DNA from: Octopus vulgaris
Lineage: Eukaryota
Assembly: GCA_951406725.2 (NCBI GenBank)
Contig: OX597816.1
Coordinates: forward strand, 3,100,001 to 3,164,000
Length of the DNA: 64,000 bases
Direction: 5' to 3'
Made by a program: the position numbers and the translations under genes. The notes under the pieces are model-generated. The model was not told the origin of the DNA, did no database searches, and was given only the letters and a program-made list of their open reading frames with translations. How positions within the stretch are numbered: the stretch's first letter is position 1; each line of letters opens with the position of its first letter. Of this stretch, positions 15,007-29,760 are shown one piece after another.

Positions 15007-15061
15007 GTGCTACTAATAGTTTCATATGTTGAGAAATATCTCAAGCAAATTCATCAGGCAC
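15007..15061 (-). ncRNA. Canonical type I hammerhead ribozyme
   Basis: Minus strand: GTGC-CTGATGA-[atttgcttgaga tatt tctcaacatat]-GAAA-CTattAG-TA-GCAC. Intact core, stems I-III and a GUA triplet; adjacent to a PLE. Confidence 0.8.
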
Positions 15062-15229
15062 AAACCACATATCATAACGAACTAAAAAAAAAAACTGAAT
15101 AAGACAAGAAACACGAAAAAACTGAGAAGACAGCATATAATTGATTATTTAGCAGTAGCTACTAATTCGGTTATAATTGACTATTTAGAGGTTTCCCTAG
15201 ACCTGAACTCCTCCTCGTTTTAGCCTTTC

Positions 15230-16230
15230 CATAAGCCTAATGAGAAGCTTGCATATATACATAAACAATCTTGTCACCCTCATGAAATATTTAAAGACCT
15301 TATAGCTAACATTAGTAACAGAGTGTCTGACCTCTCTTCTTCTAAAGAAATTTTCGAGAAAGCAGCCCCTTACTATAACAATGCTCTAGCCAATAGTGGC
15401 ATCTGAGATAAATTAATACAGAATCCCTCTAATAATCAAAATATTAATAATAGATCTAGTGGCATCAAAGATAAAGCAGTACTTAACCACACTGGTATTA
15501 ATCAGAATAATAATAAGAAACCTAAAAATGAGCCAAGGAAAGTTCTTTGGTTCGCCTTTCCCTTTTCCCTTAATATAAAAACTAACATTGGTAAAATATT
15601 CCTGTCATTCCTAGACAAACACTTTCCAGCAACTCACAGATACAGGAAAATATTCAAATGGCTTTCTGTGAAATTATCATGCAGCTGGTGCCCCAATATG
15701 AAGAGTATCATTACACGTGGTCAACACCAAGAAACTGACTCCAGCTGCAACTGTCGTGACCCAGGGTCCTGTCCACTTAACCAACACTGTATGACTAAAT
15801 CTATCATATACGAAGCAGAAGTTACTGCAACCCTAAATAATAATACAACCGATAAGAAGACCTATATTGGATTATGTGAAGGAGAATTTACAAATCGCTG
15901 TGCCAATCGCACGCATCGGGAAAAAAGTAAAGCTACGAAGTTGGCTATCGTACGTATGGACTTTGTAAGATAACGAAACACCGCAAGTGATTAAATGGAA
16001 AGTAATTGAGAAATCCATACCTTATGGGAATGGATCGAATAAATGTAGACTTTGTTTGGCTGAAAGAGCACAGATCCTGTTCAGATCTAAGATCCCTCTA
16101 TTGAACTCCAGGTCAGAAATTTTCACTAGTTGCATGCATATATATAAATATATTTTGAAGAACTGGAAAATTCCATCTGTTCCTGACGGACTCCATATCT
16201 TTCCAGCCTTATCATTTAACGTCTAAGGAG
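15230..16230 (+). mobile_element. Penelope-like element, RT thumb plus GIY-YIG endonuclease (decayed; possibly Naiad-type)
   Basis: SCHP...WFAFPFSLNIKTNIGKIFL.FLDKHFP, CNCR...CPL, SIIYEA...YIGLCE, CRLCLAE and LNSRSEIFTSCMH, with stops and frameshifts. Confidence 0.9.
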
Positions 16231-16398
16231 GATAACTCTTTTAGCTTTTTACTTTTTAGTTTTTACATTTTAGCTTTTGTGTTTTCGTTTTCGAAAGTCA
16301 CGCACCAAAACTATTTAACACTTTATTTATACTGCGTTATTATTGTTAGTATTATTATTATTATTATTAATATTATTATTATTATTATTATTATTATT

Positions 16399-16953
16399 GA
16401 GTGAGAGAGCAGTGCATGCCATCAAAGTAAAACTGGGGTAAAATATACGAAGCCCAGTATACCCATCATGACTACCCGTCTGATAAGGGTACGCCAGGCA
16501 CATGCATCTGAACCACGTGTGCGCGACATGGTGATCTCATATCAATATAAACAGCACATGACCTTGCAGTTGAGGCCCAGCTAGAATTTTCTTCTGGTTG
16601 AGTAGCTCATCCCGCTCAAAAGGTCCCTGAATAAGGATTTTTAAGGATGCTGAATGAAACACCGATGTTTCCAGAGGTGAACTATTCAAACCCCAATGAA
16701 TCCTTCTCAACACATGGCTATGATGCTCCCCCACTACTTCTGCTCGTGATCAGAGATGCACAAATCGTCAGCCACTAAGGGACATGCTCAACTGGTTACG
16801 GTCAAACAACTGACAAGCAAATCTGTGGTATTGAGCAGAATATTTGCTGTAGCCCATCTTTTATACCAAGACGAAACAATGTACATGATAACACTTCCAA
16901 TCAGTTAAGATCAGAAGCCACGAGAGTCACTGCCTGGTACTGCATCAGGGCAT
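16399..16953. mobile_element. ~555-bp non-coding insertion splitting a (TTA)n tract
   Basis: Sharp boundaries with (TTA)n on both sides and no ORF; resembles a non-autonomous microsatellite-targeted element. Confidence 0.55.
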
Positions 16954-16954
16954 G

Positions 16955-17007
<53 letters not shown>

Positions 17008-17169
17008 GTTTTTTCCTTCTTTCTTCAAATTTTCTTCCGTTTCTCGCCGAGTGTTTTCCATACACCTAGGGCAGAGAAGGGCATTGTATGCATTCCCAGA
17101 TTACACACGCAAATTCACAGATAAAATATGTATTTAAAAATTAATAAATAAATAAATTCATGGACGGAT

Positions 17170-17603
17170 GTTATTTTCACAGCGATAATGCTCTTCTCAG
17201 TACATGAGCCGTTCAAGTTAATACGATTTTTTGCACTTCCTGTAGGGATGGTGAGCCTGGAATCATTTTCAAATAGGTTTCAGTACCTTTTTTTATCATT
17301 CCTAGAGATCCTACAATCACTGGTATGTAGTCGCTTTGAGATGCCACATTTTTTCAATTTCTATTAGCAGGTCTTTATATCTACTAATCTTGTCAAATTC
17401 TTTTGTCGCTATATTGTGATCACAGGGAATACTCATGTCAATTAATAAACACATCCTTTTTGTCTGATCTTTTATAATGATATCCGGTTTATTAGCTTTT
17501 ATAGTCCTGTCGGTCTGGACGGGGAAGTCCCATAGAATCGACACATTTTCTCCCTCAGTCACAGCTTCAGGATGATGTTTATACCATTTGTCAGCGGTTT
17601 TGA

Positions 17604-17608
<5 letters not shown>
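17170..17608 (-). mobile_element. R4/Dong-like LINE 3' fragment (REL endonuclease)
   Basis: ORF 17317..17682 contains ILWDFPVQTDRTIKANKPDIII...LIDMSIP...KISRYKDL...MW; 5'-truncated against (TAA)n. Confidence 0.88.
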
Positions 17609-17651
<43 letters not shown>

Positions 17652-17868
17652 GAAGGTGGTGAGCTGGTAGAATTGTTAGCACGCTGGACGAAATGCTTAG
17701 CGGTATTTTGCCCGTCGTTACGTTCTGAGTTCACATTCCGCCGAGGTCGACTTTGCCTTTCATCCTTTTGGGGTCGATAAATTAAGTACCAGTTGCGTAC
17801 TGGGGTCGATGTAATGGACTATCCCGCTGCCCCAAATTTCAGGATTTATGTCTATAAGAGAAAGGCTT
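17652..17868 (+). mobile_element. Family-A SINE, tail type B
   Basis: Full head plus Nin-like domain. Confidence 0.87.
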
Positions 17869-17884
17869 ATTATTATTATTATTG

Positions 17885-18046
17885 ATTTGACTCAGGTTCG
17901 GTCTTATTCCTGGTAGGACTTATGTGGGTAACTTGTTACTACCTGTAACCTTCGGTATCCCCCAGCTTCCAAGTCTTTCAAATGCTTAGAACTCACCTGA
18001 TAATCCTTCCCGTCCCTAACAGGCAAACTTTCTCTACCTGTGTATC
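17885..18046 (-). mobile_element. R4/Dong-like LINE extreme 3' end
   Basis: QVEKVCLLGTGRIIR, then a short UTR and (TAA)n. Confidence 0.65.
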
Positions 18047-18049
18047 CAT

Positions 18050-18155
18050 CATTATTTTATTAATTTTATTCAAATTTGGAAAAATTAAAGCATGTCTTTG
18101 ACAATTCCGGACCTTAGAGAACTTATTTCGTGTGTAACTTTTGGCCCACTCTGTA
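18050..18155. mobile_element. Tc1/mariner-type terminal fragment
   Basis: Ends ...aacttttggcccactctg-TA (TA-CAGAGTGGGCCAAAAGT, a Tc1-like TIR). Confidence 0.5.
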
Positions 18156-18309
18156 TAAAATATGCGATATATAATAGGCACACACATACACACACACACA
18201 CACACACATACACGCACACACACACACACACACACACACTGATGTATGTTTATACCATTTGTCAGGTCTGTTGATTTTGATGTATTGAGTTATTATTATT
18301 ATTATTATT

Positions 18310-18497
18310 ATTGGCCGCGGCGAAATGACAAGAGGAACGTCGGACACGTGTGTACAAGTGTGGCAGCAACAGAGAGAAAGGTCGATTGGTGAGAACCAGC
18401 TGGGAGAGGGGGACGTGGGGGGGGGGGGGGGGGGGGGGCAGAGGCCAATCTGGAAGAGAGCTTAGGCATGACGTCACAATGCGAACTGAAGGTAAGA
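18310..18497. promoter_or_regulatory. Candidate promoter/enhancer island
   Basis: CACGTG 18345, ATTGG 18310 and 18385, G22 run, CCAAT 18445, full CRE TGACGTCA 18469-18476, donor-like AG|GTAAGA 18492. Confidence 0.35.
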
Positions 18498-18754
18498 CAT
18501 TGGAGTGAGAGGGAGGAGGGGTGGTGCTGGAATAAAAACAACAACAACAACAACAACAACAATAATAATGATCATAATAAACGAACGAAAATGGACGAAG
18601 CGCTTGATAATCCACACCACCTCTCCATCTTATATGTTAACATATTCATTTCATTGCTTCTACATAGAGAGGAGGAATAGATATTCGCACTCTGTCACAT
18701 GCATGTATGTATATACATGCGTATACATGTAAGCTTTCGTACCACACGTGGAGA

Positions 18755-21215
<2,461 letters not shown>

Positions 21216-21520
21216 CTTATATATTATTCCTTTGTTGGCCGCCTTAGGCAAGTGTCTTCCACTCGTGTTGACCAATATCTTGTGAGTGAAATTTGCTCGG
21301 CGGAAATTGCAGAGACCGAGTTATAAATTACTGCATTGTAAGCCCTGACTGTACATTATTTAGCTGACATCTCCTACTGTGACCACCACTACTTAGGTCG
21401 ACAGCAGGGGTACAAGAGCTGGAAGGACAATAGTGAAACACGACCAAACTATTTTGCCTCATGGTTAAGCGAGTCTGTCATGTGTCGATCAAACAGACGA
21501 AGGGAGGGGATATCGGATGT

Positions 21521-21521
<1 letters not shown>

Positions 21522-21616
<95 letters not shown>

Positions 21617-21645
21617 ACACATACACACATACACACACAGACACA

Positions 21646-21692
<47 letters not shown>

Positions 21693-21775
21693 TCACACAC
21701 ACACAGACGCACACACACACACACACACACACTCACACACACACACATACACACACACAGACATACACACACACA
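21522..21775. repeat. (CA)n microsatellite
   Basis: Direct reading. Confidence 0.97.
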
Positions 21776-22399
21776 AGCACGCACATATATATGAGTGGAA
21801 TGATAGGTGGTAGGCAAAAGGGTTTATTGCAGGTGTTCTCAACCAGGGTGGAGTCCCCGTGGGGTGGTGGAAATGTTAAGGTCTTGCTGATGAAGTGAAG
21901 GCTGATATTCATTAAACTAAGATAACCTGTAGATTATGTCCAATCTGAAGGAGCATTCCAACATGTGGCGTGATTTAGTTATTGTAAGGAAGATTATCAT
22001 TTCTAGATCAATTATTAGAAATTTGAATTCAAAGTTGAAGGACACAGATGTACAGAATGCACACATTTAATTTTTGTTTTGCTTATTTCATCATAAAAAT
22101 CTTAAAATTTCTAGTCATAGATAATCAGCGCCATTTCATTCTTATTAGAAATCGTCAGCATGACTTTATTGTTTTCTTTCAATTCGTTGTTTGATGTTTT
22201 ATAGATTTTATTGTTTATGGCAAAGATTTATATCAAAGGAAGCCAATAGCATTAAAGAAATATTCACGGATTTTGTTTCCATCGCAACAAAAGGGCGGCG
22301 GTGGCTTTGAAGATTCGGCCTTCGTCACACGAAGGCTAGCAAGCCGAAACTGCCTAGTCAGTGTCCCCACTTTCTTGTAAAACTATAATATATATTGTT

Positions 22400-22555
22400 G
22401 AAATTTATAGAACAACGAAAGACGAAGACAGGTTTATGAACGAGAAGCAAGTGTTTTAGTTTGACGCTCGGGAAAAAGAAAAAGTCTTTTACGTTTCGAG
22501 CCTACGCTCTTCAGCAGAAAGGAATAAAATAAAATAAACAGAGAATAAAAAAAAA
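22400..22555 (-). mobile_element. Hammerhead-bearing short element (motif 22486-22521)
   Basis: Minus strand: cttt-CTGCTGA-agagcgtaggctc-GAAAC-GTA-aaag. Confidence 0.7.
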
Positions 22556-22763
22556 CTTATAAAAGAAGCAAAGGAGAAAAAAAAAAGGTGAAAAATGAGA
22601 GAGAATGGCAAAGTATTAACGTACGGAGTATAAAAAGTACTAAAAGTTCAAAAGCCGTGGTAGATTGGAACGATTTACATAAACGAAAAAAAAAAAAATC
22701 CAGTGAAATCCGTGATGGTAGAGTCAGTAGATTCAGTCGTAATCCGAGTGGAGTGCTGGTATG

Positions 22764-22799
<36 letters not shown>

Positions 22800-23299
22800 A
22801 TGTTTAGAAAATAGTTTATCTTTAACAGAAGAGGAAAAGGATGACTACTTTGTTTTTGAACTTTATAAGATAAGGTTGGATTCCAGGGAAGCATTCGAAG
22901 AAATTCACGACAATGTTACCAATGCTTGTTTTGTCGTAGCAAAGGAAGGATACGGAACGTTTCGATGCCGTCCGTTTGGCGTCGCTGCTTTGACGCTGAC
23001 TTATTTGATATTGGAAGTTTTAATGGTTCTTTCGTTCTCTCCCACCCTTTCTCTCACACACGCCCTTTCTATCCATGTGTATATTTCTGCTTTCAAGGTG
23101 TGTATTTGCATCCAGCGCCAAAAAGTACTGCCATCAGAAACAGACCGAATGTTCTGTCAGCCGAGGCACATCATCAGCGCCTAAATAGCTACGCCCAGTC
23201 GTCTCATTACAGCACTAAAGATACCAAAGTAAAAAAAAAAAATCAATCAGTCGAATGCAACTGAGGAAACTGACCGAAGATTTGCTTGGAAATGGATTG

Positions 23300-25000
23300 G
23301 AGAAAATAACTGTATTTCTTTCTTTATGAAGCAGTTTTGTTTAAATGGAGATAAAATGTTGGTTATCAACATCAAAGATTCCGCTGTGTAGGGGAGCAAT
23401 GCTGCAATATTTGGCTCATTTCTTTATAATTCTTGGATCGAATTGTATGGAATCGTTCCCCCAATTCCTCGTATTTGTAAGATAAAATTTTGAAGCAATA
23501 ATTTCATTTGAAAACAAGTTGCTGTTGTTTCCCTCTTGGAACAACTAAAAAGTTCCTAGCTAATTTGGAAACGGTCTCATCTGCGGCGAAACCGGAAAAT
23601 CTCTTGTGGGATAATGTCTGCAGGAGTTGTACAGATGGAACACTATCTTTGGGGAGGATAGAATCTAGAAGTCATTTTTCTGTGATAAACGACCAGCGGA
23701 AGGGAAAGACATTGGTTGTCAGCAATTTCTACCTGCTCCAGGGATAATTTCTAATGAAGCAACCCAAATTGGGAATTTTGTCAAAAGCAGAGCGCTCAAC
23801 TGATGGCTTTCAAGTGGTTATTTATCGATTTGGATGTAGGCTTTCTTTTATTTCTTCTCCAAACAGATGTTCGATGGTTTTCAACTGGAAATATAACTGA
23901 AGTTTGAGTTTAGAGATGGGTTAATTCAGAATAAGATGGTATTTTCTTCTGGCTAATTGGCGGAGAATGTATCACACGACTTGCTTATTTGGTTGATATT
24001 TTGGGGGCAGGAGTATAAACTCTCTCTCAAGATGCAAGAAACGAACAATAAGATTCAATGAATCTTTGAAAGAATTCTTAAGGTGTTATATTGCTCTAAT
24101 TCAGTTCTGTTCTGACTAGGAATCGAACTGAGTCTGGTGGCTTTAGTAAATGTATTTGCATTTTGCTAATTTCTACAAATAACAGTTCTTCTAATTCGCA
24201 TACTGCTTTATTTGCACGTGCTTTAATCAGCGTATATTTTTGAATATATATTGCTCAAATATTCACTCCATTTTCTACGTTCTGAGTTCAAATTCCGCCG
24301 AGGTCGACTTTGCCTTTCATCCTTTCGGGGTCGATAAATAAATGACCAGTTACGCACTGGGGTCGATGTAATCGACTTAATCTCTTTGTCTGTCCTTGTT
24401 TGTCCCCTCTATGTTTATCCCCTTGTGGGCAGTAAAGAAATAATATTCACTTCATTTTTTTTGTTAGTGGCTGAGGGGAATTCAAATACTGTAATAATTC
24501 TGTATTAAAACATAAGGAAACCAGGTAATTTGGACGAGAAAGATCAACATAAAAAAATATTGTAATGTTTGAAAAGCGTCTTTCAGTTCTTGTTGTTTGT
24601 TATGAAGACTAAATACTTTCGCATTTTGCGAAAAATCCAATTTTATAGCATTGGGTAGCATTAGAAATTGAATCCAGTTGGAATTTTCCTGAACTCAGTG
24701 ATGAGGAATAAAGAAATCTATTTAAATAGTCAGTTGAAAAAGTCCTTGGAATATTTGTTTAAACAAATTTCTGGAGATATTGGTCGAGAAATCAATCACA
24801 GAATTTCAATCCATCAATTTGTCATTCCCCCCTAAAAAATCTCAGGAAAATTTAAATATGTATTACTTCTATTCTGCCAAAATATTTGGTCTTAGACTCT
24901 GTTCGAAAATGAAAACGGAGCAACGAAGTAGATCGGCAGATAAAGACAGTCAAAAGATTGTCATTTCCTTTCAAATTCCTTCCCACAAATCTAAGATCTG
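23300..25000 (-). mobile_element. Highly degraded Penelope-like reverse transcriptase
   Basis: Fragments resembling PLE RT motifs: ILSKIH (LPKIHK) and NFILQIRGIG (YLQxxGxAMG); many stops. Confidence 0.45.
24276..24441 (+). mobile_element. 5'-truncated family-A SINE, tail type A
   Basis: Flanked by the direct repeat aatattcact(c/t)catttt (TSD). Confidence 0.9.
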
Positions 25001-25153
25001 TGAATCAGTGAAACAATCACACATTTTCTCAAATCTTCAACAAAATGAAATGAACGGCTTTACGCTAGTATCTCACAAAACGTTTATTTTATTTTTCGTT
25101 TTTGGATTTGGTTTGCAAGATTCTTTATATGAGTTCGTGTGTTGAAGCATATT

Positions 25154-25391
25154 CTGTTGTGTCTGAGGAGAGTCATTTTCTTTTTGTGCCTTATAATGTA
25201 ACACACTCACCGGTAAAATTTCCACTTTTTTTGCTTATTTTCGTTGCGTCTTGCAACCTTTTCAATAGTTTTGACTGAAAAGGTTGCAAACGTAACGAAA
25301 ATTTTAGGGAAATAAAAATAAGCAAAAAAGTGGAAATTTTACCGGTGAGTAAAAGACACAAAAAGAAAATGATTCTCCCCAGACACAACAG
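25154..25391. repeat. Long inverted repeat (foldback)
   Basis: ctgttgtgtctg...actcaccggtaaaatttccactttt...gcaaccttttca mirrored by tgaaaaggttgc...aaaagtggaaattttaccggtgagt...cagacacaacag; loop about 11 nt. Confidence 0.9.
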
Positions 25392-25803
25392 TTTATTTTA
25401 TTGAAGTGTTGTTTAAAAAAAATCAATCTGTCAAGTAATTGGTTATAACTATCAACAAGTTCTATGGTGCTCCTATAACAAACCAATATGGAAGCCTCTA
25501 CTTCGTCACTCGAGTAACAGTTGCCAGATCTCTCTCTCTCTCAAGTCACACCACATACTCTTAGAAAAGAAAAGATCGGATGCCGTGTCCTGTACTTCCT
25601 GTGAATAAGAAATAATAGCAAAACAAAAACACGGGACGAATTCCTTTGATCGTATTTTTTACTCGATCAAGGCTGGTCTGAGGTTAAGTAATAACAAATG
25701 CAGGCTGCAGGCAAAAATCTGCCATCGCAATGGCCGTGTGAAGTATGGGAGGTTCTTCTGCCGCATTCTGCGTATTTGTATGAGTGTATATATGAAGAGA
25801 TAT

Positions 25804-26191
25804 GTGGAGGCGCAATGGCCCAGTGGTTAGGGCAGCGGACTCGCGGTCGTAGGATCGCGGTTTCGATTCCCAGACCGGGCGTTGTGAGTGTTTATTGAGC
25901 GAAAACACCTAAAAGCTCCACGAGGCTCCGGCAGGGGATGGTGGTGATCCCTGCTGTACTCTTTCACCACAACTTTCTCTCACTCTTACTTCCTGTTTCT
26001 GTTGTACCTGTATTTCAAAGGGGCGGCCTTGTCACTCTCTGTGTCACGCTGAATATCCCCGAGAACTACGTTAAGGGTACACGTGTCTGTGGAGTGCTCA
26101 GCCACTTACACGTTAATTTCACGAGCAGGCTGCTCTGTTGATTCCGATCAACCGGAACCCTCATCGTCGTAACCGACGGAGTGCTTCCACC
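25804..26191 (+). mobile_element. Full-length family-C SINE (tRNA-Arg-like head)
   Basis: A box tggcccagtgg, B box gtttcgattccc, 12-bp TSD atgaagagatat; near-identical inverted copy at 45857. Confidence 0.93.
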
Positions 26192-26680
26192 ATGAAGAGA
26201 TATCTTAACATTATACAGAACGAGGCAAAAAAACAAAGACCTCCAACCGTCACTATTCTTGGTAACAGCAAACACCTAATGTGCATCAATTCAAACCACA
26301 ATGGTAACCAAAATAGAAAACAATAAAACATTAGTTACACAAATATTCTCCTACAATCTGCCTAACTTCACTCATGCCAGACCAATGGCCATGTAAAATA
26401 TGGGACAATTTTCTGCCGCACCATGCACTGGCCACGCCAATCAGGGAGCTCGTACGTGGTCCTTCCAATTGCTTGAAATAGTAGCTAAATTTCCTTCAAA
26501 TCTCACTCTTTCGGCATACCGGACGCCTTTGTTGATAATTTTGCCCTGCCAGGGTTGGACTTCGGTTAAAACAGTAGCAACATTAACAATTGGTGTTTGT
26601 ATCTTCTACCCCGGCGGGATAAAAGCAAGGTTGATCTGAGCGGGATTCGAACTCAGGAACTAATGATACATAACCTGCAT

Positions 26681-27412
26681 CAGTGGTTCTCAACAATTTT
26701 TTACCTGTGGACCCTTGTGATCCTTATTTTAGTCCGGGGACCCTTATAATCATTTAATGTATTCAAAAAATTCTATTATACTTTTATAATTAAATATTGA
26801 ATTAAACTTTGGCACAAGGCCAGTAATTTCGGGGAGTGGGGGGGAAATCGATGTACCTCCCCCCCCCCCCAGTACTCAACTGGTACTCTATTTTATCGAC
26901 CCCCGAAAAGATGAATGGCAAATTCGGTCTCTGCAGCACTTTAAATATTCTTTTATTTGATTCAGTCATTTGACTGCGGCCATACTGGAGCACCGCCTTT
27001 TTTTCAGTCGAAGAAATCGACTCCTGGACTTATTCTTTAGAGGGACGTAAACACACCAACATCGGTTGTCTCAGTGAGCGTGGTGAGGACAAACAGATAC
27101 AAACACATACACACGGCGGCCTTCTTTCAGTTTCTGTCTACCAAATCCACTCACAAGGCTTTGATCGGACCGAGGTTATTGCAGAAAACACTTGCCCAAC
27201 GTGCCGCGATATGGGACTGAACCCGCAACCATGTGGTTGGGAAGCAAGCCTTTTACCACAAAGCCACGCCTGCGCCTATTATTAGGGATTGTAATTAAAC
27301 AATCGTTAAAATACTTTGTGTAGAAGTGGAACCGATTTGTGGCAGATAAATCGTAACAACAAAATCTTGGTCGGTCCCTTAAGGGTCACTGAACTCTGGT
27401 TGAGACCCAGTG
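26681..27412. mobile_element. hAT-like MITE interrupted by SINEs
   Basis: Ends cagtggttctcaac ... gttgagacccagtg; related to 44783-45137. Contains a family-A fragment (about 26805-26935) and a family-B SINE. Confidence 0.65.
26950..27277 (-). mobile_element. Family-B SINE (internally deleted)
   Basis: Reverse complement of 3272-3690. Confidence 0.85.
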
Positions 27413-27518
27413 GTCAACAGTGAGGTATGTCGTCGGGTGCTTTACGATTCTGCCACAAGGGCAGCAGAGGGAAACATTACATCCATGAAACGTAAAGAGT
27501 ATCTTGATCCAGGGTACA

Positions 27519-27584
27519 TTATTATTATTATTGTTGTTGTTGTTGTTGTTGTTATTGTTATTGTTGTTGTTATTATTATTATTA

Positions 27585-27634
<50 letters not shown>

Positions 27635-27701
27635 GTTGTTGATGTTGTTGTTGTTATTGTTATTGTTGTTGTTATTATTATTATTATCATTATTATTATT
27701 A

Positions 27702-27742
<41 letters not shown>

Positions 27743-27794
27743 GTTGTTGTTGTTGTTGTTGTTATTGTTATTGTTGTTGTTATTATTATTATTA

Positions 27795-27847
<53 letters not shown>

Positions 27848-27911
27848 GTTGTTGTTGTTGTTGTTGTTGTTATTATTGTTGTTATTATTATTATTATCAT
27901 TATTATTATTA

Positions 27912-27952
<41 letters not shown>

Positions 27953-28034
27953 GTTGTTGCTGTTGTTGTTATTATTGCTATTGTTGTTGTTATTATTATT
28001 ATTATTGTTGTTGTTATTATTATTGTTATTGTTG

Positions 28035-28087
<53 letters not shown>

Positions 28088-28260
28088 GTTATTATCATTA
28101 TTATTATTATTGTTGTTGTTGTTATTATTATTGTTATTGTTATTATTATTATTATCATTATTATTATTGTTGTTGTTGCTGTTGCTGTTGTTGTTGTTGT
28201 TGTTGTTATTAGTAGCAGTGGTTGTTGTTGTCTATTGTGGTGGTGATAGTAGTAGCAGTA
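27519..28260. repeat. (ATT)n/(GTT)n alternating array
   Basis: Direct reading; rough higher-order period of about 105 bp. Confidence 0.95.
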
Positions 28261-29358
28261 GTAACAGCAGTAGCCGTAGCAGCAGTAGCTGTTGTAGTAA
28301 CGTAAACACAAACAAACGAAATATGGTGGGAGTCGGTTGGGGACCATTTTCCCACACTTCGCTCGGGAGGGTTGGGGGAAATGGGAGAAAGAGATAAAGA
28401 AAGAAAGGGGTGGAAAAAGGAGGAGGAAGAGGAGGAAGAAGAATAAGGGGCTCCGCTGTACCTCATTTGCTTCTCATTCTCTCTCTCTCTCTCCCACCCC
28501 TGCTGTCACACACACACACGCACACCTATACTCCCCCCCCCTTCACGGCAGCAACACATTAGGGCGTCCCACTCCCACCGCCACCGGCCCCACTGCTGCG
28601 GCTGCTGCCGCCGGACGATCAGGGGGTGACTTAATGCGGAAAAGGAAACATACAAGAAGGAAGTTAAGGGGGTGGGGGAGTTTGAAGGTAGGATGGTGGG
28701 GGTGGGGGTGGCACTGGTGGCGGTGGCAGTGTTTATAAAGGGTTATATAGACTTTAAAATAATAATAATAATAATAATAAGCAATCGGGGGTGGGGCGCT
28801 TAGATTCGGTAAATTTAATCCTAATAAGGCCTGAAAATTTTTTGGGGTTAGTTGATGTCATCGACCTCTGCCGAAAGATTTTGAACTCAGAGCGTAAAGA
28901 CGGACGAAATGTTGCTAAGCGTTTTGTCCGGTGTAAAGGGCAAGTGACATTAAATGTGGAGGTTCGCATAAAAATCGAACGAAATAACAAAAATACGCAT
29001 GACTATATAAAGGAGGATGGAGAGGATGGAGAAGATGATGCTGATGCTGATACTGGTGATGATGATGATGATGAGGAGGAGGAGGAAGATGACGACGACG
29101 ATGGCGACGATGACGGCGATAGTAATGTCGGCACTGCTGCTGTTGTTGTTGTTGTTGTTGTTAAGCAACAAGACGGGTAAGGGTGATTAGGTGATGGTCT
29201 AGGGCTTAGGGGCGGGAGACCCCAGACCTTGGAAAAAAACAACTTTGGTCATCTTGTTGTAGTCGAGGGCTATTCGTTGACCCTCGATACCACTGGGAGG
29301 AGGTGGCCCTCGAAGTCGCTGGAAACGGAGATCTCCAAGTCCAAATTCTTGAACGGTT

Positions 29359-29390
29359 GATGCTGCTGCTGATGATGACGACGATAATGG

Positions 29391-29423
<33 letters not shown>

Positions 29424-29760
29424 CGACGATAATGATGATGATGATGATGATGATGACGACGATAATGGTGATGATGATGATGATGATGATGATGATGACG
29501 ACGATAATGATGACGATGATGATGATGATGACGACGATAATGGTGATGATGATGATGATGATGATGATGATGACGACGATAATGATGACGATGATGATGA
29601 TGATGACGACGATAATGGTGATGATGATGATGATGATGATGATGATGACGACGATAATGATGACGATGATGATGATGATGACGACGATAATGGTGATGAT
29701 GATGATGATGATGATGATGATGACGACGATAATGATGACGATGATGATGATGATGATGAG
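29359..29760. repeat. (GAT)n array with 75-bp higher-order period
   Basis: acgataatggtg recurs at 29381, 29459, 29534, 29609 and 29684. Confidence 0.93.

Noticed and set aside
15404-15406. Selenocysteine UGA in the Penelope ORF
   Set aside because: It does not lie in a recognisable cysteine motif, and the element has other frameshifts and stops; decay is more likely.
22588-23264. 198-aa and 112-aa ORFs
   Set aside because: The longer one crosses poly-A and (TG)n tracts; neither shows a recognisable domain or clear splice context.
25804-25880. tRNA-Arg gene (also 46165-46241)
   Set aside because: It continues into a 390-bp repeat body with TSDs, so it is a SINE head; the cloverleaf is imperfect.
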